Below the pieces are notes generated by a model. The model was not told the origin of the DNA. It ran no database searches and saw only the letters and a program-made list of their open reading frames with translations. This document shows, piece by piece, positions 37,477 through 48,097 of a DNA stretch of 64,000 nucleotides. The stretch is taken from contig OZ244239.1 in NCBI GenBank assembly GCA_965217115.1, positions 1,568,001 to 1,632,000 on the forward strand. Direction: 5' to 3'. Position numbers and translations under genes: made by a program. Numbering within the stretch: the stretch's first letter is position 1; every line of letters starts with the position of its first letter. Source of the stretch: Bdellovibrionales bacterium (GTDB lineage Bacteria > Bdellovibrionota > Bdellovibrionia > Bdellovibrionales > CAYMLA01).

Positions 37477-38298
37477 GTGACTAAAGCGGTTCTCTTTTCT
37501 TTGATGGAACAAATGGGAGTGTCACCTAAGCGTTCTTTAGGACAGAATTTTTTGATAAATGATCATGTTATTGAAAAAATTATTTGTAGAGTTGAGAAGT
37601 TTAAAAAAGAGAATAAAATCGATTGGATGCTAGAGATTGGTCCAGGTCTTGGGGCTTTGACCCGACGTTTGCGAATCTTAGATGGAAATATGTCTTTGTT
37701 AGAATTAGATCGAGAGTTTGCGCAGTATTGGCGTCAGGAGGGGCTTGATGTTTTAGAGGGAGATGCCTTGCAGGTGAATTGGCAGCCTGTTTGTGGACAG
37801 GGTCAGGGAATATTGGTGAGTAACTTGCCCTATCAAATATCCTCTAGCCTAGTTGTGGAGAGAAGTATCGATCCGTTAAATATTATGTCCATGGTCTTGA
37901 TGTTTCAAAAAGAAGTGGCTCAAAAAATAATTCAGCCCTGTGGGTCTAGTGAATATGGTTTTTTAAGCGTTATAGCACAGAGTTTTTGGTCTATAGAAAA
38001 AGTAATAGATGCGGGGCGTGGGGCTTTTTACCCATCTCCTAATGTGGCAAGTCGTGTATTGAGCTTTTTGGCACGAGATGTGGGCATTACTGATCGAAAG
38101 AGGTATTTAGAGTTTGTGAAATCGGCATTTTCCCATCGTCGTAAGCTTGTGATGAAGAATATACGCCCTTTTTTACAAAAATATAATTTATCACAGGAGA
38201 AGTTTGTCGAAAACCTACAGGAATTAGGTTATAACGTAAATAGTCGTGCCCAGGAAATCTCTATTGAGAATTACTTGGAGATATTTAAGAGTTTTTGA
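37477..38298 (+). CDS. rsmA: 16S rRNA adenine dimethyltransferase (KsgA)
   Basis: LGQNFL, EIGPGLGALT, NLPYQISS, MFQKEVA. Confidence 0.95.
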   Translation: MTKAVLFSLMEQMGVSPKRSLGQNFLINDHVIEKIICRVEKFKKENKIDWMLEIGPGLGALTRRLRILDGNMSLLELDREFAQYWRQEGLDVLEGDALQVNWQPVCGQGQGILVSNLPYQISSSLVVERSIDPLNIMSMVLMFQKEVAQKIIQPCGSSEYGFLSVIAQSFWSIEKVIDAGRGAFYPSPNVASRVLSFLARDVGITDRKRYLEFVKSAFSHRRKLVMKNIRPFLQKYNLSQEKFVENLQELGYNVNSRAQEISIENYLEIFKSF

Positions 38299-38322
38299 AA
38301 ATCAAGATGGAGTGGATGCAAG

Positions 38323-38769
38323 ATGGGTGTATTAATCATTGCTGACAATAAAAGGGCTAGACATGATTATGAGATATTGGAAACCTTTGAAGCGGGTCTT
38401 GTCCTTCAAGGCAGCGAGGTTAAGTCGCTGCGTGACAGAAAGTTGCAACTAAAGGACTCTTTTGTTGAAATAAATAAAGGAGAAGCATTTTTAAGAAATG
38501 CCCATATTAGTGAGCATAAAGCAAGTAGCTATAATAATCATCATCCTGAAAGGCCGCGTAAGTTGCTTTTGCATGAATCTGAAATTGAGAAAATATATGA
38601 TAAAATTCGCCTGCGTGGCCTGACAGTTGTGCCATTAAAAGTTTATTTCAAAAAAGGCTGGGCAAAGGTTCTTATCGGTGTTGGTAAGGGTAAGAAGAGA
38701 CATGACAAAAGAGAGGATATTAAAAAGAAAGACATCCAAAGGGAAATGCGTCGTACAGGTCGGTATTAA
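38323..38769 (+). CDS. smpB: SsrA-binding protein
   Basis: NKRARHDY, EAGLVLQGSEVKS, RKLLLH, GKGKKRHDKRE. Confidence 0.97.
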   Translation: MGVLIIADNKRARHDYEILETFEAGLVLQGSEVKSLRDRKLQLKDSFVEINKGEAFLRNAHISEHKASSYNNHHPERPRKLLLHESEIEKIYDKIRLRGLTVVPLKVYFKKGWAKVLIGVGKGKKRHDKREDIKKKDIQREMRRTGRY

Positions 38770-38771
38770 TT

Positions 38772-40274
38772 ATGAAAATATGGGGTTTAATTTTTTTTGG
38801 GGCTTTGTTACGTCTGTGGTTTTCTGTTACGACAGGGTTGGGTGATGATGAGGCATATTATTGGGACTGGCTGAGGCAGCGGGATTGGAGCTATTACGAT
38901 CATCCTCCAATGACGACTTGGTTAATTGGAATTTCTTCTTTTGTGTGGGGAGACACTCAATGGGGAGTCCGATTTTTCTCTTGGATTTTTACGACGCTAT
39001 CTAGTGTGATGGTTTTTCTTATTACAAAAGGTCTTTTTCATCGCCGAGCAGGCTTTTGGGCTGTTTTATTTTTTACATTGATTCCGATTTACTCTCTTGG
39101 TGGAATTCTTATGGTACCAGATGCTCCGATGATGTTTTTCTGGTTAATTTTGTTATATTTATTTTTACCAGAAAATGAGAAATACTGGCGAAAAACCGGT
39201 TTTTGGGTTTTATATGGATTGGTGTTAGGCGCAGGTCTTCTATCTAAATACACGATCGTGTTGTTAATGGTGTCGGTGTTTTTCTATCTGCTATCTTCTC
39301 CAAAGAACAGGTCACTCTTACTAAAAAAATCTCCTTGGCTTGGTGTGTTGGTTTCATTAATTTGTTTTTTACCTGTAATTATTTGGAACTACAGTCATGG
39401 CTGGCCTAGTTTTACATTTCACTTTTCTGAGCGTCATCAAAACTTAAATTTTGATTGGAGCCGTTTTGGTGAATTTATTGCTTCGCAAGCGGTATTTTTA
39501 ACTCCATTTTTTTTCGTAATAGTTCTGATTGTTTTGTGGCAATCATTTAAGCGTCGACATGAGGAGGCGTGGAGATACATTTTTTGGTTTTCCTTTCCGA
39601 CATTGTTGTTATTTATTGTGCAACCGTTGTTTTCTTCTTTTAAGCCCCATTGGACGGCTCCAGGGTATATACCTCTGCTGTGCGCCAGTGGTTTTTGGTG
39701 GTCGAATTTTTTAGATAGAAGATCATCGAAGAGGAGTCGTGTTATTTTATTAGGTTTTTTCATGTTATCTTTAGGATTGTTACCAACTCTTTTTTATATA
39801 CAAATTAAAAGGCCTTTTATTCATCGTGTGTATAGCATTTTTAAAGACTCTTCATCAAAAAAGTGGAATCCACGTTGGGATGTAACTAACGATTTATATG
39901 GATGGCCAAGTGCTGGAGAGAGGGCAAGGGAGCTTTATAGAGAATTAGAAGAAGAATTAGGACAGGGAAAAGTGTTTTTGGCCACCCATCGCTATCAGCT
40001 TACAGGACAGTTGAGTTTTTATTCAAAAATAAGAGCGTGGTCATTGGGAGACAAAGAGGATCAGTATGATTTCTTCTTAGAAAATCTTGGAGGGGAGACT
40101 TTGTTTTTGGGGAAATCGGCAATAATATTGGCAGACAATCGTTATAACAAATCACCATTAAAGAATATGAACTTCGAAAGATGTAGTAAAAGAGAAGAGT
40201 TAAACTTTTATCGTGGAAACCTACTAAGCCATCAGTTTTATTTTTGGAAGTGTTATAATTTTCAAAAGCCTTAA
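38772..40274 (+). CDS. ArnT/PMT-like membrane glycosyltransferase (GT-C)
   Basis: DEAYYWDW, YYDHPP, PDAP, LSKYT; many TM helices. Confidence 0.85.
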   Translation: MKIWGLIFFGALLRLWFSVTTGLGDDEAYYWDWLRQRDWSYYDHPPMTTWLIGISSFVWGDTQWGVRFFSWIFTTLSSVMVFLITKGLFHRRAGFWAVLFFTLIPIYSLGGILMVPDAPMMFFWLILLYLFLPENEKYWRKTGFWVLYGLVLGAGLLSKYTIVLLMVSVFFYLLSSPKNRSLLLKKSPWLGVLVSLICFLPVIIWNYSHGWPSFTFHFSERHQNLNFDWSRFGEFIASQAVFLTPFFFVIVLIVLWQSFKRRHEEAWRYIFWFSFPTLLLFIVQPLFSSFKPHWTAPGYIPLLCASGFWWSNFLDRRSSKRSRVILLGFFMLSLGLLPTLFYIQIKRPFIHRVYSIFKDSSSKKWNPRWDVTNDLYGWPSAGERARELYRELEEELGQGKVFLATHRYQLTGQLSFYSKIRAWSLGDKEDQYDFFLENLGGETLFLGKSAIILADNRYNKSPLKNMNFERCSKREELNFYRGNLLSHQFYFWKCYNFQKP

Positions 40275-40319
40275 GCGCTTCAATCCAAGTTTGTACGGGC
40301 AGCTTAATAAGCTGAGTTA

Positions 40320-41135
40320 CTATGTTTTTTCATATTTATTACGGGCACTATTTTTCTTGGCTTGAGTCAAAAGGGGTTGCCCTTTATCTGCAACAAAAGA
40401 GATACAGCGATCAGCGAGGAAAGCTTTTTCAATTTGCTCGGGGAGTAACTTTCTTAGTTCTCCTTTTTTCATTTTGCCTATTTTAAGCTGTCCAATAGCA
40501 ATGCGTTGGAGTTTTAGAACATCAAAACCTATTTTGGCAAACATCTTTCGTATTTGACGGTTACGTCCCTCAGTTATAATAATTTTAATCCAGGACTTTT
40601 GAGAACTACCACGTTTTACGCGAGCTACAAACTTCGCTTTGACCTTTCCTTTACCTCCAGCGATAGAGACACCTTTGAGAAGTTTTATGAGATCGCTGTC
40701 AGAGGGTTTTCCATCGACCTTCACGAGATAAGTTTTAGTTATTTCTTTTTTAGGGTGCTGGATAGCTTGTGAGAATTCACCGTCGTTTGTTATAAGAAGT
40801 AGGCCTTCTGAATGCCAATCAAGACGGCCAACGGGAAAGACCCTCTCTTCTAAGTGTTCAACAAATTCTCTTATTGTGACTCGATCAGTGGGATCATCCA
40901 TAGAGGTCAAAACACTTAGGGGTTTGTTAAATGCGTAATAAACTTTTCTTTTTGGAGGCTTGATGAGTTTATCATCGACAAGAATACGATCTTTTTGTGG
41001 ATCTATTTTGACACCAAGTTCATAGGTTTTACGGCCATTAATTTTAATTTTGCCTTCAGAAATGAGAGTGTCGCATTTTCGACGGCTTGCAACTCCACAT
41101 TCTGAGAGCCACTTATTAAGTCTAATCAGATTCAT
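40320..41135 (-). CDS. rRNA pseudouridine synthase (RluB/RsuA family)
   Basis: S4 domain RLNKWL..GVASRR; PVGRLD; EGRNRQIRKM. Confidence 0.92.
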   Translation of the reverse strand: MNLIRLNKWLSECGVASRRKCDTLISEGKIKINGRKTYELGVKIDPQKDRILVDDKLIKPPKRKVYYAFNKPLSVLTSMDDPTDRVTIREFVEHLEERVFPVGRLDWHSEGLLLITNDGEFSQAIQHPKKEITKTYLVKVDGKPSDSDLIKLLKGVSIAGGKGKVKAKFVARVKRGSSQKSWIKIIITEGRNRQIRKMFAKIGFDVLKLQRIAIGQLKIGKMKKGELRKLLPEQIEKAFLADRCISFVADKGQPLLTQAKKNSARNKYEKT

Positions 41136-41206
41136 AAAAAGTCCTATGATAAAAAGAGAGGTGTAAGGTAGCCCCTCAAGAGCGGCGCGTCAAGAGGTAT
41201 CTCATG

Positions 41207-42997
41207 TCAAAGGGCTCTGTACATTCGTTTTTGAAATTTTTCATGGTCTTCAAATTCAGAGAGTGTGAGATTCTCCAACCACTTCCCTGATTTAGAGAAG
41301 AATAGAATCGAAGGCAAACCTCTGATTTTGTATTTTTGACGAAAACTCTTTATGAGAGGAGAATCTTTGGTTGCATCTAGTTTCATGAAAACAAAGCTTT
41401 TGCTGAGATTAGTTATTTTAGCGTGGTTAAATGTGTATTTTTCAAGCTCGTGACAAGCGACGCACCAATCGGCATAGACATCAATAAGAAGAGGCTTTTT
41501 ACTTTTAAGAGCTTCATTGAACTCTTTAGATGAATAAGTAATCCACTTGGGGCCTTTGACCTTCTGAATATTTTCCTGCTTTGTAGAGAAAAGGTTTTGA
41601 GGAAAAAATATTTTTATAAACCCAAGGCTTATAGATAATAAGCCGAAAATTGAGAGAATGATCAATAAACCTTTTAAGAGTTTGGATGTCTTGAATTTAG
41701 AGTTCCGTGTGAATCCTCCATTGAGAGCCCCGGAAATCACGAAATAAATTCCTGCGATGATATAGAAGACCCCAGGGCTGACCACGGGTTTTAAATAGTA
41801 CAGAGCCATTATGAGCATGGTAAATCCAAAAATAAATTTACTTAAGTTTAACCATGGCCCTGACTTGGGTAATTTATTAGATAGGTGGCTGAGCGTTCCT
41901 ATGAATAAAAAAAGTAAACCCATTCCTATTGCGTAGGTGAATAGAAGCCAGAATCCTAAAATTTGATTTCTTGTTTGTGCAACATAGGTGAGCACACTGA
42001 CAAGCACGGGACCAACACAGGGGCTGGCCACAATACCAGCAATGAGACCGACAATATAGGGTTTAAAGAACTCCCCACCAAATTGGGGGGCTTCAAATTT
42101 ATTGAAATAATTTTGTAAAATATGGGGAGTTTGTATTTCAAAAACCCCGTACATACTGAGTGCCATAAATGTAAAAACAAGAGCAATGAAAGCGACAACC
42201 CAGATATTACCGAGAAAAGCACCAAATAAAGCTCCCGTCGAGGCGGCAACAAGCCCCAGAATAGAATAAGTTGTTGCGATACCAAGGACGTACGTGAGGC
42301 TTTTGATAAAATTCTTCAAAATGGAGGGGTTCTTCTTATCTGAACCTATAACTGCGAGAGTAATAGGAATCATAGGAAATATACATGGAGTTAGACTGGT
42401 TAAAATACCAGCCAGAAAGACAAAGAGAAAAGTCAGTAGCCACCCTTTATTGAGTTGTTGAGTAAAGCTTAGAGTTGTTTTCTCTTTAGATAGAGAATTT
42501 GAAGATGTAATGATATTAAGGGGCAAAGTCATTTTAATGGTTTTTGGAAACTGACAAAACTCCTTAGTGCAGGCTTGGTATTTAAGGTGGGCAGGGATTT
42601 GATGTGGTCCTGGAAGAAGGGGAGAGTTTTCGGGAATTTCTATAATGGTTTCTAAAACTGCTGAGTCTTTTACTCCTCGGGTGTATTTTTTAGAAATGGA
42701 GTCGTAGAATTTTTTAACAGGAGAAATTGATAATGAACCAATATTAATGTCTTTATGATTTGGAAACGAGAGGGCAAATTTATCTTCATAGGCATGGTAT
42801 CCTTCGTGGAGACTAAGTTTAATTGTAATTCTGGTATTCTCTCCTAGATGCAGAGATGCTCTGTCAATTTCGATACTTGCATTTAGGGGGTTGTCTAACC
42901 ATTGAGTGGCGTATGAGGAGAGTGGTACAGAGAAAATAATAGAAAAGAATAGCTGTAACAGATGGCTCTTTATGTAATTCCCTGTACAATTCTTCAT
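41207..42997 (-). CDS. dsbD: Protein-disulfide reductase DsbD
   Basis: YQAC...C, LTPCIFPMIP, SPCVGP, ADWCVAC. Confidence 0.93.
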   Translation of the reverse strand: MKNCTGNYIKSHLLQLFFSIIFSVPLSSYATQWLDNPLNASIEIDRASLHLGENTRITIKLSLHEGYHAYEDKFALSFPNHKDINIGSLSISPVKKFYDSISKKYTRGVKDSAVLETIIEIPENSPLLPGPHQIPAHLKYQACTKEFCQFPKTIKMTLPLNIITSSNSLSKEKTTLSFTQQLNKGWLLTFLFVFLAGILTSLTPCIFPMIPITLAVIGSDKKNPSILKNFIKSLTYVLGIATTYSILGLVAASTGALFGAFLGNIWVVAFIALVFTFMALSMYGVFEIQTPHILQNYFNKFEAPQFGGEFFKPYIVGLIAGIVASPCVGPVLVSVLTYVAQTRNQILGFWLLFTYAIGMGLLFLFIGTLSHLSNKLPKSGPWLNLSKFIFGFTMLIMALYYLKPVVSPGVFYIIAGIYFVISGALNGGFTRNSKFKTSKLLKGLLIILSIFGLLSISLGFIKIFFPQNLFSTKQENIQKVKGPKWITYSSKEFNEALKSKKPLLIDVYADWCVACHELEKYTFNHAKITNLSKSFVFMKLDATKDSPLIKSFRQKYKIRGLPSILFFSKSGKWLENLTLSEFEDHEKFQKRMYRAL

Positions 42998-43104
42998 AAT
43001 TTAGAAGTATATACGTTCTTTTGTTAAAATTTCAAGTTTTCTGAATTAGTTTTTTAATTTAGCTTGAATACCTAAAAAATCTTAGACATATTCAGCCTTG
43101 TTAA

Positions 43105-43956
43105 ATGAACTCTTCAGAAAAAGGTCGTACCGTGTCAGTTGATACTGCTTGGAAAGATTCGGTCATTGTTGCATTTGATGCAGAAACAGACGGGGCCTAC
43201 CCGTTGGGGTTTGATTTTTGCGAAATTGGGGCTGTTAAATGGAAGAATGGTAAAATTATTGATGAGTACCAAACTCTTATAAAACCTCAAAAAATCATGG
43301 GTGATTTTGTTATTGGCATTCATGGTATTACTAACGAAATGGTAAGAGAGGCCCCGAGGGTTGATGAAGTGTTGCCTGAGTTTTTAAAGTTTATAGAAGG
43401 GGCTGTTGTGATAGCTCATTATGCGACTTTTGATGTGGGCTTTTTGATGGCTGATGTGGAGAAATTAAATTTGAAAATGCCAGAAAATCCTATTTTGTGT
43501 TCGAGCCTTTTAAGTCGTAGTTTGATTCCAGAGAGTCCCGATCACAAATTGCAAACGTTGATGAAATTTCTTAATTTAGATTCTGGGCAAGCCCATAGGG
43601 CATTGGATGATGCCAAGTCATGTTTACAGTTGGGTATTAAGTGCTTTGAGAGGGCGGGGAATGTCTCTATTAAGGAGCTACAGGAGTTGCAGGGTGTTTG
43701 TTTGGATTGGAAAAACTTCTCCATACAATCGTTAAAAAGTAAAATAGAGGGATTTTTTATTTTACTTGCAAGTATTGATGAAGGAGTAAGTTGTCGTATT
43801 CGCTATCAAGGGGGGTCGACACCTGGTAAGGAAAGAGCGGTAAGGCCTATTGGTATTGTGCGCGGACCAGATAAAGATTTTGTTTTGGCCCATTGCAGCC
43901 GATCTAAAAAAGATAAGCGCTTTTATCTTGATAAAATCACAGCTATTTTTAAATAA
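43105..43956 (+). CDS. DEDDh 3'-5' exonuclease fused to a WYL domain
   Basis: FDAETDG, AHYATFD, AHRALDDA; C-terminal RAVRP...LAHCSRSKKDKRFYLDKI. Confidence 0.85.
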   Translation: MNSSEKGRTVSVDTAWKDSVIVAFDAETDGAYPLGFDFCEIGAVKWKNGKIIDEYQTLIKPQKIMGDFVIGIHGITNEMVREAPRVDEVLPEFLKFIEGAVVIAHYATFDVGFLMADVEKLNLKMPENPILCSSLLSRSLIPESPDHKLQTLMKFLNLDSGQAHRALDDAKSCLQLGIKCFERAGNVSIKELQELQGVCLDWKNFSIQSLKSKIEGFFILLASIDEGVSCRIRYQGGSTPGKERAVRPIGIVRGPDKDFVLAHCSRSKKDKRFYLDKITAIFK

Positions 43957-43958
43957 AA

Positions 43959-44876
43959 TTAGTTTATGTTCTTTTTTTTAGAATTATCCTCTGCTCTTTT
44001 TTGATAGTTATCGATAAGACGCTGTGCGAGGTCTTCAAGTTCTTTAAAATCATCTTTTTGCCTTAATTTAAGTGGTCGAGGTTTGTCGTTGATAAGGTCA
44101 TTACAGAATTGTTCAAAAGCATAGACTGGGCCTGCAGATCTGTGGGAGAGTGTTTTCCCGATAAGAAAGAGAAGAGAGGCGAAGAAGACAAAAATAACAG
44201 AAAAAATAATAATGTAGGGGGTTAGAAAAGTTTGAAGAAGCTGGTTGTTGTCACCTACAAGCTCTAGAATCGTGACTCTAAGGTAAGTGTAGGAGAAAAC
44301 TCCAGCGATAAGAGCCAGGCCTAATCCGATAGAAGTCAAAATCGTTGCGTATCTTATCTGGAATTTTTTGTTAATCCATGTGTTTTTCCGTAGATTGTGC
44401 TCAGGCCATAGAATCTCACTCTCTTTTATTAAGGCGTAGACGATCATGAGATAACCAACCCACTGTAGGGCGTCGGCGAGGTTAAATGCGGGGCTAAACC
44501 ATTGACCATCGCTTATAACAATAAAATCAATAACGTATCCCCAGAGGATACGATCAGTGACATTTCCGATAATTCCTCCAATAAGAATTGACATACCAGA
44601 GCGAAGAATAAGGGATTTAATGGGAAGTAGGTATTGAATAATAGTGTAGGAGCAGAGTAAAAAGGCCCCTCCAGTAGACAGAGACACGACTCTAAGGACC
44701 ACAGATAAATCGGAAAAGAGCCCCAGCATAGTGCCGTAGTTTTTGTGTAAAACAAAACGCAGGAAGCCATAATCTTGTATGCCAACAATATCGGCAGCCC
44801 AGATTTTTGTTAAAAAATCTACCATCCATGTGATGAGTAAGGGCAAAAGAACAATGGTCCACTCTTTCTTCGTCAT
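43959..44876 (-). CDS. lspA: Lipoprotein signal peptidase with extra TM/HAMP-like C-terminus
   Basis: GGIIGNVTDR, VIDFI, FNLAD; C-terminal SHRSAGPV...LRQKDDFKEL. Confidence 0.85.
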   Translation of the reverse strand: MTKKEWTIVLLPLLITWMVDFLTKIWAADIVGIQDYGFLRFVLHKNYGTMLGLFSDLSVVLRVVSLSTGGAFLLCSYTIIQYLLPIKSLILRSGMSILIGGIIGNVTDRILWGYVIDFIVISDGQWFSPAFNLADALQWVGYLMIVYALIKESEILWPEHNLRKNTWINKKFQIRYATILTSIGLGLALIAGVFSYTYLRVTILELVGDNNQLLQTFLTPYIIIFSVIFVFFASLLFLIGKTLSHRSAGPVYAFEQFCNDLINDKPRPLKLRQKDDFKELEDLAQRLIDNYQKRAEDNSKKKNIN

Positions 44877-45070
44877 ATGCTCAATAGTAATATTTTAGAG
44901 CGAACCATTCAATTCTTCCGTGCTATTTACCTTAGACTAAAGTCTTTATTAAGTAAGTCATTGTGTTTTAAAAGAGTTTCTTTTAAAACACAGTGAAAAT
45001 GCTATAGTCTTTATTGCTCTCAAATCAAGATATTGTAAGATAGTTATGCAAGAATAGCAGGAGAAGAGTT

Positions 45071-46534
45071 GTGTTTAAAAATTGCATTTTTCTATTTATA
45101 ACGCTACTTGTTTCTTTTGCCCATGGGGATGTCGTTAAGAAATTAAATGGAGTTATTAGTAAATATGGTGTTTTGAAGAAGGAATTGGGCATTTATGTGA
45201 AACAGTCGAAGGGGAAGAGAGAAAAAGTCCTTTATCAGCTCAATGAGAAACGTTTAATGACACCAGCTTCTTTGAGTAAAATACCCACAGCAGGAGTTGC
45301 TCTCTCTGAATTGGGGCTTGAGTTTCAGTATAAAACTCAAATATTCATTGATGGTATTGTTAAAAATGGAGAACTTAAGGGGGATTTGTACTTAAAGGGA
45401 AGTGGTGACCCTTCATTTATTTCTGAAAAAATGTGGTATTTGGTTAATGAGTTTAGAAGAACAGGGGTTCGCAAGGTTAAAGGTCAGATCATTGTCGATG
45501 ACAGTGTCTTTGATCGTATTCGTTTTGAAAAAAATCGTGATCCTGACAGGGGGGATCGTGCTTATGATGCGCCAAATGGGGGAATGTCTTTTAATTGGAA
45601 TTCAGTGAATATTTTTATCCGTCCGAATCAGGTATTGGGTAAATCAGCAATTATTTATTTAGACCCACAAAACAAATGGATAGGGTTAAAAAATCGATTA
45701 ACAACAGTCAAAAAAATAAAATCACAGTCAAAGTCACAGTCAAAATTACAGCTAAAGTCAAACAAGATTAAGGTTGAAAGAAAGATAATAGGAAAGAAAA
45801 TCTTGATAGAGGTGAGTGGTCATATCCTTAAAGGGGATAAAGAGAAGGTTATTTATAAAAACATTCCTCTCCCATCTTTGTGGGCGGGCCATGTTTTAAA
45901 AAATTTTCTTGAACAAAGAGGGATTTCGGTAAAAGGGACTGTTCGTTTGGGGAAAGTGCCATCGACGGGAATTGTTGTTGCGGCTTCGAAAAGTAAACCC
46001 ATTATGCAAATTGCAGGGGATATGATGAAGTATTCCAATAATTATATTGCAGAGATGCTAACGAAGACTCTATCTATTAATAGAACCCCACCTCCGATTG
46101 TATCAGGAACAATGATCAAAGGGATGAGGTTAATAGAGGATTTTTTAAAGAATAAAATTGGCTTAAATGAGAATGAGTATACTATGGTGAGCCCTTCAGG
46201 GTTGAGTCGTAAAAATAAGTTTACTCCCAAAGCTCTATATAAAATCATGAATTATTTTAGAAAAAGTCCGATAGTATCTCCAGAATTTATGTCCAGTTTT
46301 CCCATTGCTGGAGTTGATGGCACGTTAAAGGAGAGGTTGAAGGGAGTGCTTAATTCAGGAAGAGTGCGTGCTAAGACAGGGGGCTTATCTGGAGTTGTTG
46401 GGTTGGCCGGGTTTGTGTCAACACAGAAAGAGGGGATAAGGTTATTTGTCTTTATGTACAATGGAAAATCTAGCGAGACAAAAATAAAAAATATGTTTGA
46501 TGAAATGGCTATGACACTTGTTGGGGCTCTATGA
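45071..46534 (+). CDS. dacB: D-Ala-D-Ala carboxypeptidase/endopeptidase (PBP4, S13)
   Basis: PASLSK, SNN, AKTG, GSGDP, SGLSR. Confidence 0.92.
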   Translation: MFKNCIFLFITLLVSFAHGDVVKKLNGVISKYGVLKKELGIYVKQSKGKREKVLYQLNEKRLMTPASLSKIPTAGVALSELGLEFQYKTQIFIDGIVKNGELKGDLYLKGSGDPSFISEKMWYLVNEFRRTGVRKVKGQIIVDDSVFDRIRFEKNRDPDRGDRAYDAPNGGMSFNWNSVNIFIRPNQVLGKSAIIYLDPQNKWIGLKNRLTTVKKIKSQSKSQSKLQLKSNKIKVERKIIGKKILIEVSGHILKGDKEKVIYKNIPLPSLWAGHVLKNFLEQRGISVKGTVRLGKVPSTGIVVAASKSKPIMQIAGDMMKYSNNYIAEMLTKTLSINRTPPPIVSGTMIKGMRLIEDFLKNKIGLNENEYTMVSPSGLSRKNKFTPKALYKIMNYFRKSPIVSPEFMSSFPIAGVDGTLKERLKGVLNSGRVRAKTGGLSGVVGLAGFVSTQKEGIRLFVFMYNGKSSETKIKNMFDEMAMTLVGAL

Positions 46535-47985
46535 ATTTAGGTAGAGGTGTTATTTTTTTAATATTAAGTGTCTCTTTTTGTAGATCTTTTTCTGGAGAGG
46601 AGTACACTCCTGTCAGTCATCAAAGTTTTTATTCTCAAGAAGAAGTTAATCAGGGGACACCGTGGGTACCGACGGCTTACAGTCAGCAAAAAAATATAAT
46701 TGGCTACAATAAGAAGACTTTCCATGTTTCTGATGAGCTTAAAACTCAGGTGGAATTTTGGAAGGATATTTACACTAAATACTCTTCAACTCAGGGAGTA
46801 TTGCATGACAGTGAGAAGATAGATCTTATTTATGAAGTGATTGATTTTCATGCTATTGAAAGCAATAAAAATATAAATAAATATGAAAAAGAAAAATTCA
46901 AAGAGAGGGCTATCAGGAGCAAAAAGAGGTATTACCGTCAGGTATTGAGAAAACTTCAAAAAAGAAAGAAAAATGAAAAACTAACACCTTTAGAGAGAAG
47001 AATAAAAAAAGCTTTTTCAGGGGACATGAGAAAGAACAAGTATTATTTGGCTTCTTTGAAGGGGAGACTGAGATTTCAATTGGGGCAGAGAGATTATTTC
47101 TTGAGAGGAATTTATTATTTTGGTCGTTACAAAAAACAAATTGAAGAAATTTTCTCTCAGTATAATCTTCCACTGGAGTTGACGCGTTTGCCACTTGTGG
47201 AAAGTTCATACAACATTCTGGCTCGTTCTAGGGTAGGAGCTAGTGGTATTTGGCAGATTATGCCGAGGACGGGAAAACAGTATATTAAGGTTAATAGAAT
47301 TGTTGATGAAAGAAATCACCCGATTATTTCTTCAGAAGTTGCAGCGAAAATTCTTAGGAAAAACTATAAACTATTGCAATCTTGGCCCCTTGCGATTACG
47401 GGTTATAATCATGGAGCCTATGGGATTAGGAAATTAGTGAGAAAGTATGGCATTCGAGATTTGGTAAAATTGATTAATAAAGGTAAGAAAAAGCGGTTTG
47501 GTTTTGCATCGAAAAATTTTTATGCAACTTTTTTGGCAGCCTTAGAAGTTGAGAGAAATGCGAAAAAATATTTTACTAAAGTTTATTATGCAAAGCCACT
47601 CAAGGATAAAAAAATAAAGTTGCATCGATCGATAAGTTATAAAAAGCTTTTAAGCTGGTTTGATGGTGATATCAAGGCAGCAAGGCTCTTTAACCCTCAT
47701 ATTTCACAATCTCGGAAAAGGAGAAAGAAATCTCTTATTCACTGGAAGACGAGTGTTTATGTACCAGTAGCTAAGTACAAGAGAGTTTCTAGGGAATTGA
47801 AGAAAAGGACCTTGTCAAAAAAATCTAGACGTAGAGTGAAGCGTCATAAGGTATCTAAGGGAGAGAGTTTAAGTTTGATTGCGCGCCGCTATGGGCTGTC
47901 TGTCAAGAGGATTTTGCTTTTTAACTCTATGAGAAAGCCTGATTATATTAAGGTAGGTCAGGTATTGTTAATTCCCAGCCATTGA
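46531..47985 (+). CDS. Lytic transglycosylase with LysM domain (MltD-like)
   Basis: LVESSY, SRVGASGIWQIM, YNHG; C-terminal LysM. Confidence 0.9.
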   Translation: MNLGRGVIFLILSVSFCRSFSGEEYTPVSHQSFYSQEEVNQGTPWVPTAYSQQKNIIGYNKKTFHVSDELKTQVEFWKDIYTKYSSTQGVLHDSEKIDLIYEVIDFHAIESNKNINKYEKEKFKERAIRSKKRYYRQVLRKLQKRKKNEKLTPLERRIKKAFSGDMRKNKYYLASLKGRLRFQLGQRDYFLRGIYYFGRYKKQIEEIFSQYNLPLELTRLPLVESSYNILARSRVGASGIWQIMPRTGKQYIKVNRIVDERNHPIISSEVAAKILRKNYKLLQSWPLAITGYNHGAYGIRKLVRKYGIRDLVKLINKGKKKRFGFASKNFYATFLAALEVERNAKKYFTKVYYAKPLKDKKIKLHRSISYKKLLSWFDGDIKAARLFNPHISQSRKRRKKSLIHWKTSVYVPVAKYKRVSRELKKRTLSKKSRRRVKRHKVSKGESLSLIARRYGLSVKRILLFNSMRKPDYIKVGQVLLIPSH

Positions 47986-48097
47986 CAAAATCTTTGTAGG
48001 TTATTTCAGAGATTTTTACGTTATCGTGAGGCTTTCTTAGGTTAAAATTTTGTGATTTTTTGTTGTATAATGGGAAAAAAACGTATAGTTAGTGGTC

